Below, one piece after another: positions 27,926 through 36,466 of a stretch of DNA of 64,000 nucleotides (its first letter is position 1; each line of letters starts with the position of its first letter). A program made the position numbers and the translations under genes. The notes under the pieces were generated by a model. The model saw nothing but the letters and a program-made list of their open reading frames with translations, was not told where the DNA came from and did not search any database. Source of the stretch: an uncultured Planctomycetales bacterium (GTDB taxonomy: Bacteria; Omnitrophota; Gorgyraeia; Zapsychrales; JBDRMG01); the NCBI GenBank assembly GCA_964478715.1, contig CAYZIY010000009.1:4113-68112 (forward strand), read 5' to 3'.

Positions 27926-28651
27926 ATGCTTTTGGAATTTCTTTGCAACGGCTTATTGGATGCCCTGAGTCCCTGCGCGGGTACGACCATTGCGTTCTTG
28001 ATTTTTTTCATCCTTAGTAGTTCTTTGGAGCAGAAGGATCTTACAGTTGCCGTTAGCCTGTTTATCGGATTTTTGATCATTTCAAATATCTTTTTTCAGT
28101 CGGGTCTGTTCGAAAATTTGCGGCAAATTGAATTTTATTGGCTGTCTACACGGATACTGTATTTGTTTATTGCGGCCATTTGTATTATTGTTGGAGCTTT
28201 GAATTTTTATGATTGGGTGAATTTACGGTTTTTAAATTCTCAGAAAAAATATTTTTTCACTTTTCCGGCGTTACAGCGATCCGATTCTATTCTTGAGAAA
28301 AACAAGTCGATTGTATTTACAGGAAGATCCGGTTTTTTCGCGGTGGCTGTCCTTGGACTTAGCGGTTTCTTTTTCGCGGTGATCCAGCCAACTTGCTGCG
28401 GTTTGCTGTCTATGGCCACCGTTTTTCAGATCATGAATAAGCAGGGGAGAGTGTTTCAAGCTTGGATGGCTTTAGGGATTTACTCTTTAGCTATGATGTT
28501 GCCCCTCGCTTTGTTTGCCTGGGCTGTATTGAGGTTAAGACGGCGGAATCTAGGAGAACAATCATCTCCAAGAACAGTTGCGTTAGCAAAGGTTGCTTTG
28601 GCCGCTCTTTTCTTTGCTTTAGGATACGGATTGTTTAATCTTTTTTTATAA
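27926..28651 (+). CDS. polytopic membrane protein with LSPC and PTCC motifs (possible DsbD/CcdA-like thiol-disulfide transmembrane protein)
   Basis: About six predicted TM helices. Cys in TM1 (DALSPCAG) and Cys pair in a later TM (IQPTCCGL) are reminiscent of the CcdA/DsbD family. Confidence 0.45.
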   Translation: MLLEFLCNGLLDALSPCAGTTIAFLIFFILSSSLEQKDLTVAVSLFIGFLIISNIFFQSGLFENLRQIEFYWLSTRILYLFIAAICIIVGALNFYDWVNLRFLNSQKKYFFTFPALQRSDSILEKNKSIVFTGRSGFFAVAVLGLSGFFFAVIQPTCCGLLSMATVFQIMNKQGRVFQAWMALGIYSLAMMLPLALFAWAVLRLRRRNLGEQSSPRTVALAKVALAALFFALGYGLFNLFL

Positions 28652-28699
28652 TCGATACCTCTTGTTAGAACAGAGAGGGCAAACCAGTTAAGGATTGTT

Positions 28700-29971
28700 A
28701 TGAACATTGTTGTTTTTGGTGCTCAATGGGGAGATGAAGGCAAAGGCAAGTTAATCGATATTCTTTCCCAAAATAGCGATATTACCGTTCGCTATCAAGG
28801 AGGCAATAATGCCGGGCATACCGTTGTTGTGGGAAATAAACGATATATTTTTCATTTGACTCCGTCGGCTATTTTACACTCAAAAAAAGTTTGCGTTATC
28901 GGTAATGGAGTAGTCGTCGATCCTCAGGCCTTGATGAAGGAATTTGAAGAACTTAAGAAAAGTAATATCCGTGTCTCTGAGAAAAATCTTAAGATTTCCG
29001 GCCATGCTCATGTAATCATGCCTTATCATCGGGTGATGGATTTATTCCGCGAAGAAAAGCGAACAAACAAAATCGGGACTACGGGAAGAGGAATCGGCCC
29101 CTGTTATGCTGATAAAGTCGCTCGTTGCGGTATTCGGGTAATTGATCTTTTGAATCCAGGAGTTCTGGCAAGTAAACTGAAGGATAATATCAAAGAAAAG
29201 AACGAAATTTTTCGGAAAGTTTACGGAAAATCCGGTTTTTCTTTTGAAAATATTTATAAGGAATATTTGCAATATGGCAAGGCGATTAAGCCTCATGTTT
29301 GCGATGTTGCCCTTTATCTCAACCGGGCGATTGATAAAAAAAGGACAATTCTTTTTGAAGGAGCTCAAGGCACATTCTTGGATATCGATTTTGGCACTTA
29401 TCCTTTTGTGACTTCTTCCAATTCAATTGTTGGTGGGGTTTGCGCTGGCAGCGGAGTAGCCCCCACGCATATCCACGAGAGCATTGCTGTAGTCAAGGCG
29501 TATACGACTCGGGTTGGCGAAGGTCCTTTTCCCACGGAATTTTCTGATAACCTTAAAGAGGCAATACGTTTTAAAGGAAAAGAGTTCGGGGCGACGACCG
29601 GCCGGCCTAGGCGCTGTGGCTGGTTTGATAGCGTTTTAGTCCGTTACGCGGTTATTCTTAACGGAGTCAAAGAATTGGCGATTATGAAGTTGGATGTTCT
29701 AGATGAGCTCAAAAAGATTAAAGTTTGCACGGCTTATCGTTATAAAGGTAAGAAAATAAAGGATTTTCCTCTCGATTGCGAAGTCCTTCAAAAAGCTCAG
29801 CCTGTTTATGAAGAGATAGAGGGCTGGCAAGAGCCGATCTGCGGAATTCGTCAGTATAAATACCTACCCAAAAAGGCCAGGGTATACATTGGGCGATTGG
29901 AACAATTAGTCCAAGCCAGAGTGAAGTATATCTCTATTGGCTCTAAAAGAGATCAAATTATCATTCGTTAA
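28700..29971 (+). CDS. purA: adenylosuccinate synthetase
   Basis: VVFGAQWGDEGKGK, YQGGNNAGHTV, TTGRGIGP and GATTGR. Confidence 0.9.
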   Translation: MNIVVFGAQWGDEGKGKLIDILSQNSDITVRYQGGNNAGHTVVVGNKRYIFHLTPSAILHSKKVCVIGNGVVVDPQALMKEFEELKKSNIRVSEKNLKISGHAHVIMPYHRVMDLFREEKRTNKIGTTGRGIGPCYADKVARCGIRVIDLLNPGVLASKLKDNIKEKNEIFRKVYGKSGFSFENIYKEYLQYGKAIKPHVCDVALYLNRAIDKKRTILFEGAQGTFLDIDFGTYPFVTSSNSIVGGVCAGSGVAPTHIHESIAVVKAYTTRVGEGPFPTEFSDNLKEAIRFKGKEFGATTGRPRRCGWFDSVLVRYAVILNGVKELAIMKLDVLDELKKIKVCTAYRYKGKKIKDFPLDCEVLQKAQPVYEEIEGWQEPICGIRQYKYLPKKARVYIGRLEQLVQARVKYISIGSKRDQIIIR

Positions 29972-30097
29972 AAATCTCCTATCTAGTTGAAAAATAATTG
30001 GTTTCTGAGAATATTCTTGACTTTGAAAATTCCGTATGATAATGTGAATTACTGAAAAATTTTCTACCATGATTTCTTTACGATATTGAAAATATTA

Positions 30098-30137
30098 AAA
30101 TCGCAACAACAGGGATTGCATCAGTCCGTTGCGATTT
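30098..30137. repeat. perfect 10-bp inverted repeat AAATCGCAAC-N20-GTTGCGATTT in the purA/ompA-like intergenic region
   Basis: Read directly from the sequence. It lies about 35 nt upstream of the ompA-like start codon and has no T-tract after it. Confidence 0.5.
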
Positions 30138-30171
30138 ACTTTGATAATTGTCTATATTAAAGGAGGGACTC

Positions 30172-30816
30172 ATGAAATCTGCGCAAATGAAGCAAAGCTC
30201 ATTAATGATTATTATCTGTTTAATATTAATAGGGTTTTTATCCAATGGGTGCTCGATTGTTTTTCAGAAAGGCCGTCCTGCACATGTCGAGAGAATATCC
30301 AAGCTTCAAAGAGAGCTCAATGAATTAGAGCGGGCTAAGCTTGATCTTGAAGATCGTCTTGGGCAGCAGATTGCGGATAAGGATGTTAAAGTCGAAATGA
30401 TGGATCGCGGCTTGGTTATAACTTTGATTAATGAAGTTTTATTCGATTCCGGAAAAGCCAAAATCAGAAAAGAAGCCTATGAGACATTGAACCAAGTTGC
30501 ACGTGTCCTAAAAACCAGTGCCAAAGGCCTTGATGTTGGTATCGATGGGCACACTGATAATGTTCCGATCAAGCATTCGGGCTGGAAAACCAACTGGGAA
30601 CTGTCTTCAGCCCGCGCTCTAAGCGTTTTGCATTATTTGACGGAAGAGCGGGGGGTTAGCCCCAGACGTCTATCAGCAACCGGTTATGGCGAATATCGTC
30701 CTGTGGCTACCAACGAAACGAAAGAGGGCCGCCAACAAAACAGACGTGTGGAGATCGTTATTCTTCCTAAGACTGTCAAAGAAGAGGGCCTGGTCGAACA
30801 GCCAAATTTGAAATAA
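30172..30816 (+). CDS. OmpA/MotB-domain peptidoglycan-associated protein (possible lipoprotein, Pal-like) with coiled-coil linker
   Basis: Signal/TM with ...LSNGCS; coiled coil RISKLQRELNELERAKLDLEDRL; OmpA-like C-terminus (GHTDN.PI...W..NWELSSARALSV...NRRVEIVI). Ribosome-binding site AGGAGGG lies before the ATG at 30172. Confidence 0.75.
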   Translation: MKSAQMKQSSLMIIICLILIGFLSNGCSIVFQKGRPAHVERISKLQRELNELERAKLDLEDRLGQQIADKDVKVEMMDRGLVITLINEVLFDSGKAKIRKEAYETLNQVARVLKTSAKGLDVGIDGHTDNVPIKHSGWKTNWELSSARALSVLHYLTEERGVSPRRLSATGYGEYRPVATNETKEGRQQNRRVEIVILPKTVKEEGLVEQPNLK

Positions 30817-30844
30817 CGGTTACTTACCGAAAGGGAGGATTTCC

Positions 30845-31216
30845 TTGAAAGATAAACTTTTCATTCTGACTGCTGTATTGGCCATCGGGTGTTTGGCCAT
30901 GGCTATTCGGGCCAATCAAATTGTCAAGGATAATCAGGGCATGATCGATAAAGAACGATACAAGCGGCTGGTGGCCGAAGAAGCGTTGCAGAATTCAAAT
31001 GCTAAAAACAGATCACTGGAAAACCAGCTGGTGAGTACGAAGAATCAGGCACAAGGTCTCCAGGCTCTTTTGGAAAAAGAAGAAATTGAAAGTAAAGAAA
31101 TGCGCAAAGAGCTTGAGAAAATGGTTAAGCTTAACGATGTCTTGGAGAAAGAATTAAAGGAAGCCTTGGTCCAGGTTCCTGAGATCCAGTCGGCTGTTGA
31201 GCCATCACAGCCTTAA
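30845..31216 (+). CDS. membrane-anchored coiled-coil protein, function unknown
   Basis: N-terminal TM (ILTAVLAIGCLAMAI), then a heptad-rich segment (LENQLVSTKNQAQGLQALLEKEEIESKEMRKELEKMVKLNDVLEKELKE). TTG start preceded by AAGGGAGGA; terminator downstream. Confidence 0.5.
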   Translation: MKDKLFILTAVLAIGCLAMAIRANQIVKDNQGMIDKERYKRLVAEEALQNSNAKNRSLENQLVSTKNQAQGLQALLEKEEIESKEMRKELEKMVKLNDVLEKELKEALVQVPEIQSAVEPSQP

Positions 31217-31294
31217 CGTTGTGAGAAATTGGTTGTTATTTATGTTTATGTTTAGTTTTTAATACTTTATTTTGGAACTTCGGTTCTTTTTGAT

Positions 31295-31324
31295 AAGGGG
31301 GGATCTTGATCCCCCCTTTGTTTG
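31295..31324 (+). terminator. rho-independent terminator
   Basis: GGGGGG-ATCTTGAT-CCCCCC hairpin followed by TTTGTTTG. Confidence 0.6.
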
Positions 31325-31329
31325 CAAGA

Positions 31330-32058
31330 ATGAATACTTTCAGTAGAAAATCTAATTTGCCAGTGCACGTTGCTGTTATTATGGACGGCAATGGACGCTG
31401 GGCGAAGAAACATAGTTTATCTCGTACGCGAGGTCATCTTGAGGGCATCAAGCGGGTGGAAGAAATTGTCGAGGCCGCAGCTCAAAGGAGTATTTCCTAT
31501 TTGACGCTTTACACTTTCTCGACCGAGAACTGGAGACGTCCTCAAGGTGAAGTCAATATGCTGATGAGGGCTTTGACTAGATTCCTCAATGAGAAGATCG
31601 ATAAGATCGATCAAAATAATATTCGCTTGAGATTTATTGGTCAGAGAAACGGAATTCCTGCTGTTGTCAAAAAAACAATCGAATTCGCAGAAAAGCGAAC
31701 CAATGACAACAGCGGTTTGAATGTGAACGTCGCTTTCAACTACGGCAGTCGCCGGGAGATTTGCGACGCTGTCAGAACGATAGCCCAAGAAATCAAACAG
31801 GGTGGTATCAAGATTGAGGATATCAACGAAGAGTTGATTAGTAGTCAACTTTATACACAAGGTATGCCCGACCCGGATCTGTTGATTAGGACTTCTGGGG
31901 AATATAGAATCAGTAATTTCTTGCTCTGGCAGCTTAGCTATAGCGAATTGTATTTTACGGACAAATTCTGGCCGGAATTTAAAGAAAAAGATTTTGAAAA
32001 AGCCATTGAAGACTTTAATAAGCGCGAACGTCGTTACGGCGATATCCAGGCGAAATAA
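31330..32058 (+). CDS. uppS: undecaprenyl pyrophosphate synthase
   Basis: HVAVIMDGNGRWAKK, LTLYTFSTENW.R and RTSGE.R.SNFLLWQ. Confidence 0.9.
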   Translation: MNTFSRKSNLPVHVAVIMDGNGRWAKKHSLSRTRGHLEGIKRVEEIVEAAAQRSISYLTLYTFSTENWRRPQGEVNMLMRALTRFLNEKIDKIDQNNIRLRFIGQRNGIPAVVKKTIEFAEKRTNDNSGLNVNVAFNYGSRREICDAVRTIAQEIKQGGIKIEDINEELISSQLYTQGMPDPDLLIRTSGEYRISNFLLWQLSYSELYFTDKFWPEFKEKDFEKAIEDFNKRERRYGDIQAK

Positions 32059-32061
32059 AAT

Positions 32062-32886
32062 ATGTCTCGGAAAAGAACAATCAGTGCTTTGTTAATGACG
32101 GGAGTGGCCGTTTGTTCAGTGATCTTTGATATTGTATTTGTCGCGGTGGTGTTGTTTTTAACAGCTGTCGGATTGTATGAATTTTTTCATATGATCAAGA
32201 AAAAGGAAATTCCGATTTATTCTTATACGGGTATTTTTATCGGGATCATGATCCCCGCGTCCATTCTTTTCCGTTTTGAACTGACCAAAAACTGGGAACT
32301 TCTTTTCACGGTTTTGGCGTTTTTGATGATTCTGCTTTTACAGTTCGCTAGAAAGGATAATCACAATGCGATTGTGGGAATTTCAACAACTCTTTTTGGC
32401 GTACTTTATGTATCTTGGTTTTTTAGTTTTGTTGTTAAAGTACGAATGCTTTTGCCTGACGCGGAAGGCAAGCAGCTGCTCGCATTTTTATTGATCGTTA
32501 CAAAAATGGGAGATATTGGGGCGCTTATGATCGGGGAACGATTGGGGCGGCATCCACTTTTCTCGCGCATTAGTCCGAAGAAATCAATCGAAGGTTCGCT
32601 GGGTGGAATACTAATGAGTATTTTAATGGCAATTACTTTTAGGTCGTTTCTTCCGATTCAGTTGCAGTATAATCTATTTCATGTTGCCTTAATGGGTGCT
32701 TTTTTTGGAATGATCGGACAATTGGGCGATTTGTCCGAATCGTTGATCAAAAGAGATTGCCATGTGAAGGATTCAGGAAAGCTTTTGCCGGGTATGGGCG
32801 GGGTCTTGGATGCGATTGATAGCATTTTGTTTTCCGCTCCGGTTTTTTATTTGTACGTTAGCGCGGCCTTAGGTAGCGTCTCTTGA
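32062..32886 (+). CDS. cdsA: phosphatidate cytidylyltransferase
   Basis: C-terminal signature SLIKRDCHVKDSGKLLPGMGGVLDAIDS; polytopic. Confidence 0.85.
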   Translation: MSRKRTISALLMTGVAVCSVIFDIVFVAVVLFLTAVGLYEFFHMIKKKEIPIYSYTGIFIGIMIPASILFRFELTKNWELLFTVLAFLMILLLQFARKDNHNAIVGISTTLFGVLYVSWFFSFVVKVRMLLPDAEGKQLLAFLLIVTKMGDIGALMIGERLGRHPLFSRISPKKSIEGSLGGILMSILMAITFRSFLPIQLQYNLFHVALMGAFFGMIGQLGDLSESLIKRDCHVKDSGKLLPGMGGVLDAIDSILFSAPVFYLYVSAALGSVS

Positions 32887-32889
32887 TCT

Positions 32890-34041
32890 ATGACTCGTAA
32901 GAATATTGCCATTTTGGGTTCAACCGGTTCTATCGGGACTAATGTCCTGCGTGTGGTAGATCGGTTTTCAGATCGATTGAATGTCGTAGCTTTGACAGCA
33001 TTTAACAATGCGGGTTTATTAAAAAAGCAGATTACGAAATATCGTCCCCAATATGTAGCGGTAGAGCGAAAAAGATATTCGGATATTTGTTCTTTTGTTA
33101 AACATAAAAAAGTCAAGGTCTTGGATGCCGATCGAGAGCTCGAGGACATCGCAACGTTAAAAAACGTTGATTTGGTTCTTTGCGCTGTTTCTGGTGCAGC
33201 GGCGTTGCGTCCATTTTTGGCAGCGGTCAAAAAAGGAAAAACAGTTGCGCCGGCCAACAAAGAAGCTCTGGTGATGGCCGGTGCCATTATCATGCGCGAG
33301 GCCAAAAAAAACAAGGCTTTGATTCTTCCTGTGGATAGTGAACAGAGCGCAATTTTTCAGTGTCTTAACGGCAACAGAAAAAAAGAACTGCGGCATATTT
33401 ATTTGACCGCTTCGGGCGGCTCGCTTTATCGGATGTCTAAAGCTCAACTTCGGCTGGCTTCCGTTGAAAAGGTTTTAAAACATCCACGCTGGAAGATGGG
33501 GAGGAAGATTACTGTCGATTCGGCTACTCTGATGAATAAAGGGTTGGAGGTAATTGAAGCTAAATGGTTGTTTGGTCTTGAGGTGGATCAGATCAGAGTC
33601 CTGATTCACCCCGAGGCCGTCATTCATTCGATGGTTGAATTTCGCGATGGTTCGGTTTTGGCGCAGATGGGGGTAACCGATATGCGATTGCCGATCCAGT
33701 ATGCTCTGACATATCCCAAACGTCTGATATCACTTTGTAAACCGATTGATTTTGTTGGTTTGCACTCCTTGACTTTTGAGAAGCCCGACACGAAAAAGTT
33801 TCCCGCTCTTGATATCTGCTATCGAGCCTTGAAAAAGGGGGGTAGCTTGCCGGTTGTGCTCAATGCGGCCAATGAAGAAGCTGTCAAAGCTTGCTTGTCG
33901 AGACGGTTGAGATTTTCAAAAATAATTTCCGTAGTGGAAAAAATACTCAGCAGACACAAAAAGAGTGAGAAACCCAGCATCAAAGAAATCTGGCAGATTG
34001 ATGACTGGACGAGAAATGAAGCTAGAAAGGTAATCGGTTAA
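32890..34041 (+). CDS. dxr: 1-deoxy-D-xylulose 5-phosphate reductoisomerase
   Basis: IAILGSTGSIGTNVL, PVDSEQSAIFQCL and HPRWKMG.KITVDSATLMNKGLE. Confidence 0.9.
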   Translation: MTRKNIAILGSTGSIGTNVLRVVDRFSDRLNVVALTAFNNAGLLKKQITKYRPQYVAVERKRYSDICSFVKHKKVKVLDADRELEDIATLKNVDLVLCAVSGAAALRPFLAAVKKGKTVAPANKEALVMAGAIIMREAKKNKALILPVDSEQSAIFQCLNGNRKKELRHIYLTASGGSLYRMSKAQLRLASVEKVLKHPRWKMGRKITVDSATLMNKGLEVIEAKWLFGLEVDQIRVLIHPEAVIHSMVEFRDGSVLAQMGVTDMRLPIQYALTYPKRLISLCKPIDFVGLHSLTFEKPDTKKFPALDICYRALKKGGSLPVVLNAANEEAVKACLSRRLRFSKIISVVEKILSRHKKSEKPSIKEIWQIDDWTRNEARKVIG

Positions 34042-34045
34042 AATT

Positions 34046-35152
34046 ATGGTTGGATTTGTTGTCATTCTTGTTTTCAGTATCCTCATCATTGTTCATGAAC
34101 TAGGGCATTTTGTGATGGCTAAGAAATTAAAGGTGCAGGTGGATCGATTTTCGATCGGTTTTGGCCCGACACTTTTGAAAAAACGTTTTGGTGAAACGGA
34201 ATTTGCTCTCTGCCTGTTTCCTCTAGGTGGATATGTAAAAATGGCCGGTGACGAACGTCAGGAATGCAAGGGGCACAAAAATGAATTTTTCTCACGCTCC
34301 CCAGGTCATCGAGCTTTGATTGTGGCTTTAGGGCCTTTAGTCAATTATATTTTTGCCTTTGTCTGCTTTTATTTTGTTTTTTTGACTGGTTATCCGGCCT
34401 TGCCTGCCAAAGTCGGATCCTTGATGGAGAATTATCCTGCTCAGGAAGCGGGTTTCAAGGAAGGAGATCGAATTCTTTCTATTGAGGGTCAGGCGATTGA
34501 TAGTTGGGATGAGATGCGTCAGGAAATTATTAAATCAAAGGAAGATAATCTTAAATTCGAAATCCTTAGAGAAGAACAAAAGTTGACAAAAATCGTAACG
34601 CCACGGGTTGAGATTCTCGAGAATATTTTTAAGCAGAAAGAAAAGATTCGCCTCATTGGCATTATGCCTTCTCAGGCTGAAGATATCATTTATCTAAAAT
34701 ACGGTTTCTGGGGATCAGCCAGGCGTTCTTTTAATGAGTTGATTGCAATCACGGCCATGACTTACAAATCAATCTATCGCATGGTGACCGGAGCTATGCC
34801 GGTGAAGGATTCGGTGGCAGGCCCCCTTGTTATTATTGATTTTATTACCAAGGCGGCCCGGCTGGGCTTCACCCATGTGATTTTGATTATGGCACTTGTT
34901 AGTGCCAGTTTGGCGATCTTTAATCTTTTACCGCTGCCCGTTTTAGACGGAGGGCATTTATTGATCTTTTGGATTGAGAGAATAAGAGGGAAAGCCTTAT
35001 CGGCCAAGAGCGATGAAATCATTAATCGCATTGGATTTATCATGATTGTTTCTTTGGCACTTTTTGTTTTAGCGAACGATATGGAAAAGCTCGATCTTTT
35101 TGACAGAGCAATCGGCGGATTGACGTCTTTATGGAAGAACATGGGATTTTAA
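34046..35152 (+). CDS. rseP: RIP metalloprotease RseP (site-2 protease) with PDZ domain
   Basis: HELGHF zinc motif, a PDZ segment and NLLPLPVLDGGH. Confidence 0.85.
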   Translation: MVGFVVILVFSILIIVHELGHFVMAKKLKVQVDRFSIGFGPTLLKKRFGETEFALCLFPLGGYVKMAGDERQECKGHKNEFFSRSPGHRALIVALGPLVNYIFAFVCFYFVFLTGYPALPAKVGSLMENYPAQEAGFKEGDRILSIEGQAIDSWDEMRQEIIKSKEDNLKFEILREEQKLTKIVTPRVEILENIFKQKEKIRLIGIMPSQAEDIIYLKYGFWGSARRSFNELIAITAMTYKSIYRMVTGAMPVKDSVAGPLVIIDFITKAARLGFTHVILIMALVSASLAIFNLLPLPVLDGGHLLIFWIERIRGKALSAKSDEIINRIGFIMIVSLALFVLANDMEKLDLFDRAIGGLTSLWKNMGF

Positions 35153-35179
35153 CTTAAAGCAAATTTTGACGAGGTTGTT

Positions 35180-36466
35180 ATGTTAGAGAAAATCAGAAGA
35201 AAAATTCATCAGTACTTCATTACGGATACGGAATTTTTAAAGCTCAAAGACACGATGTCTGAAGATCAGCTGCGGATGTTTATCGCTAAAACCATCGATG
35301 AGGCCTGTCAAAAAGAAGAGGTCACCTTAACGGTCGAGGAGAAGACATCATTTTTAAGAGAGCTGGTTCACAGTGTGGTCAGTTACGGTCCGATCCGGTC
35401 TTTGATCGAAGATATGATGATCACCGAGATTATGATCAACGGTCCCAAGCAAATATATATTCAAAAAGAGGGAAAGATCGAATTAACTCCTTATACCTTT
35501 GATAACGAACGGGATGTTTTGCATATGGTTCAAAAGATGCTTTCGGCCTCAGGATCGGGAAGACGTGTTGATGAATCTTCTCCCTATGTAGATTTTTCAC
35601 TCTCTGATGGGTCGCGGGTCAACGTAATTCTTTCTCCGGTGTCTTTAAGCGGACCCGTTGTGACGATCAGAAAATTTTCCCCGGAAATTAGTAAAATTGA
35701 AAATTTGATTGAAAAAGGAACTCTCAATAAAGAAATGGCCACTTTGCTCGTTGCCGGCATTAAGGCTAAACTCAATATGGTTTTTTGCGGTGCTACAGGA
35801 ACCGGAAAAACCACGACACTCAATGTTCTTTCGCGGTATGCTCCTCAGGATGAGAGAATTATCACTATCGAAGATACGGCCGAGTTACGGTTGCTTCAGG
35901 ATCATGTGGTTCGCTTGCAGGCAAAATCTGCTAACATTGAGGGGAAGGGCGAGATTACGATTCGGGATCTGTTTGTGAATTCTTTGCGTATGCGGCCAGA
36001 TCGAATTATTATTGGAGAAGTCAGAGGAAGTGAGGCGTTGGATATGGTTCAGGCAATCACGTCGGGTCATTCGGGATCCTTAGCCATCGTTCATGCCGAT
36101 TCCCCTTTGGATTGCTTTCACCGTATGGTCACGATGATTTTGATGACCGGCATTCAACTTTCTCAGGATGAAATTCGTCGTCAAGTAGCCTCGGCTATCG
36201 ATTTGATTGTTCACACAGAATTATTAATGGATGGAACCAGAAAGATTACCTATATTACAGATGTTCGCCACAATAAAGACACCAATGGAATTATCTTTGA
36301 CGATATATTTCATTTTAACCAGGAAAAAGTGATCGAAGTCGAAGGAGAGAAAAAGGAAGTGATCGGCGATTGGATTTTTGATAACAAGCTACCTTCTTTT
36401 TATCGGAAATTTCAGAAAAGGAATATCCGACTACCCGAAGGCTATTTTGAGGTACCCCTGACATGA
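35180..36466 (+). CDS. CpaF/TadA-family type II/IV secretion-system ATPase (orphan)
   Basis: Walker A FCGATGTGKTTTLN, Asp box IITIEDTAEL, His box GEVRGSEALDMVQAITSGHSGSLAIVHA. Confidence 0.8.
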   Translation: MLEKIRRKIHQYFITDTEFLKLKDTMSEDQLRMFIAKTIDEACQKEEVTLTVEEKTSFLRELVHSVVSYGPIRSLIEDMMITEIMINGPKQIYIQKEGKIELTPYTFDNERDVLHMVQKMLSASGSGRRVDESSPYVDFSLSDGSRVNVILSPVSLSGPVVTIRKFSPEISKIENLIEKGTLNKEMATLLVAGIKAKLNMVFCGATGTGKTTTLNVLSRYAPQDERIITIEDTAELRLLQDHVVRLQAKSANIEGKGEITIRDLFVNSLRMRPDRIIIGEVRGSEALDMVQAITSGHSGSLAIVHADSPLDCFHRMVTMILMTGIQLSQDEIRRQVASAIDLIVHTELLMDGTRKITYITDVRHNKDTNGIIFDDIFHFNQEKVIEVEGEKKEVIGDWIFDNKLPSFYRKFQKRNIRLPEGYFEVPLT

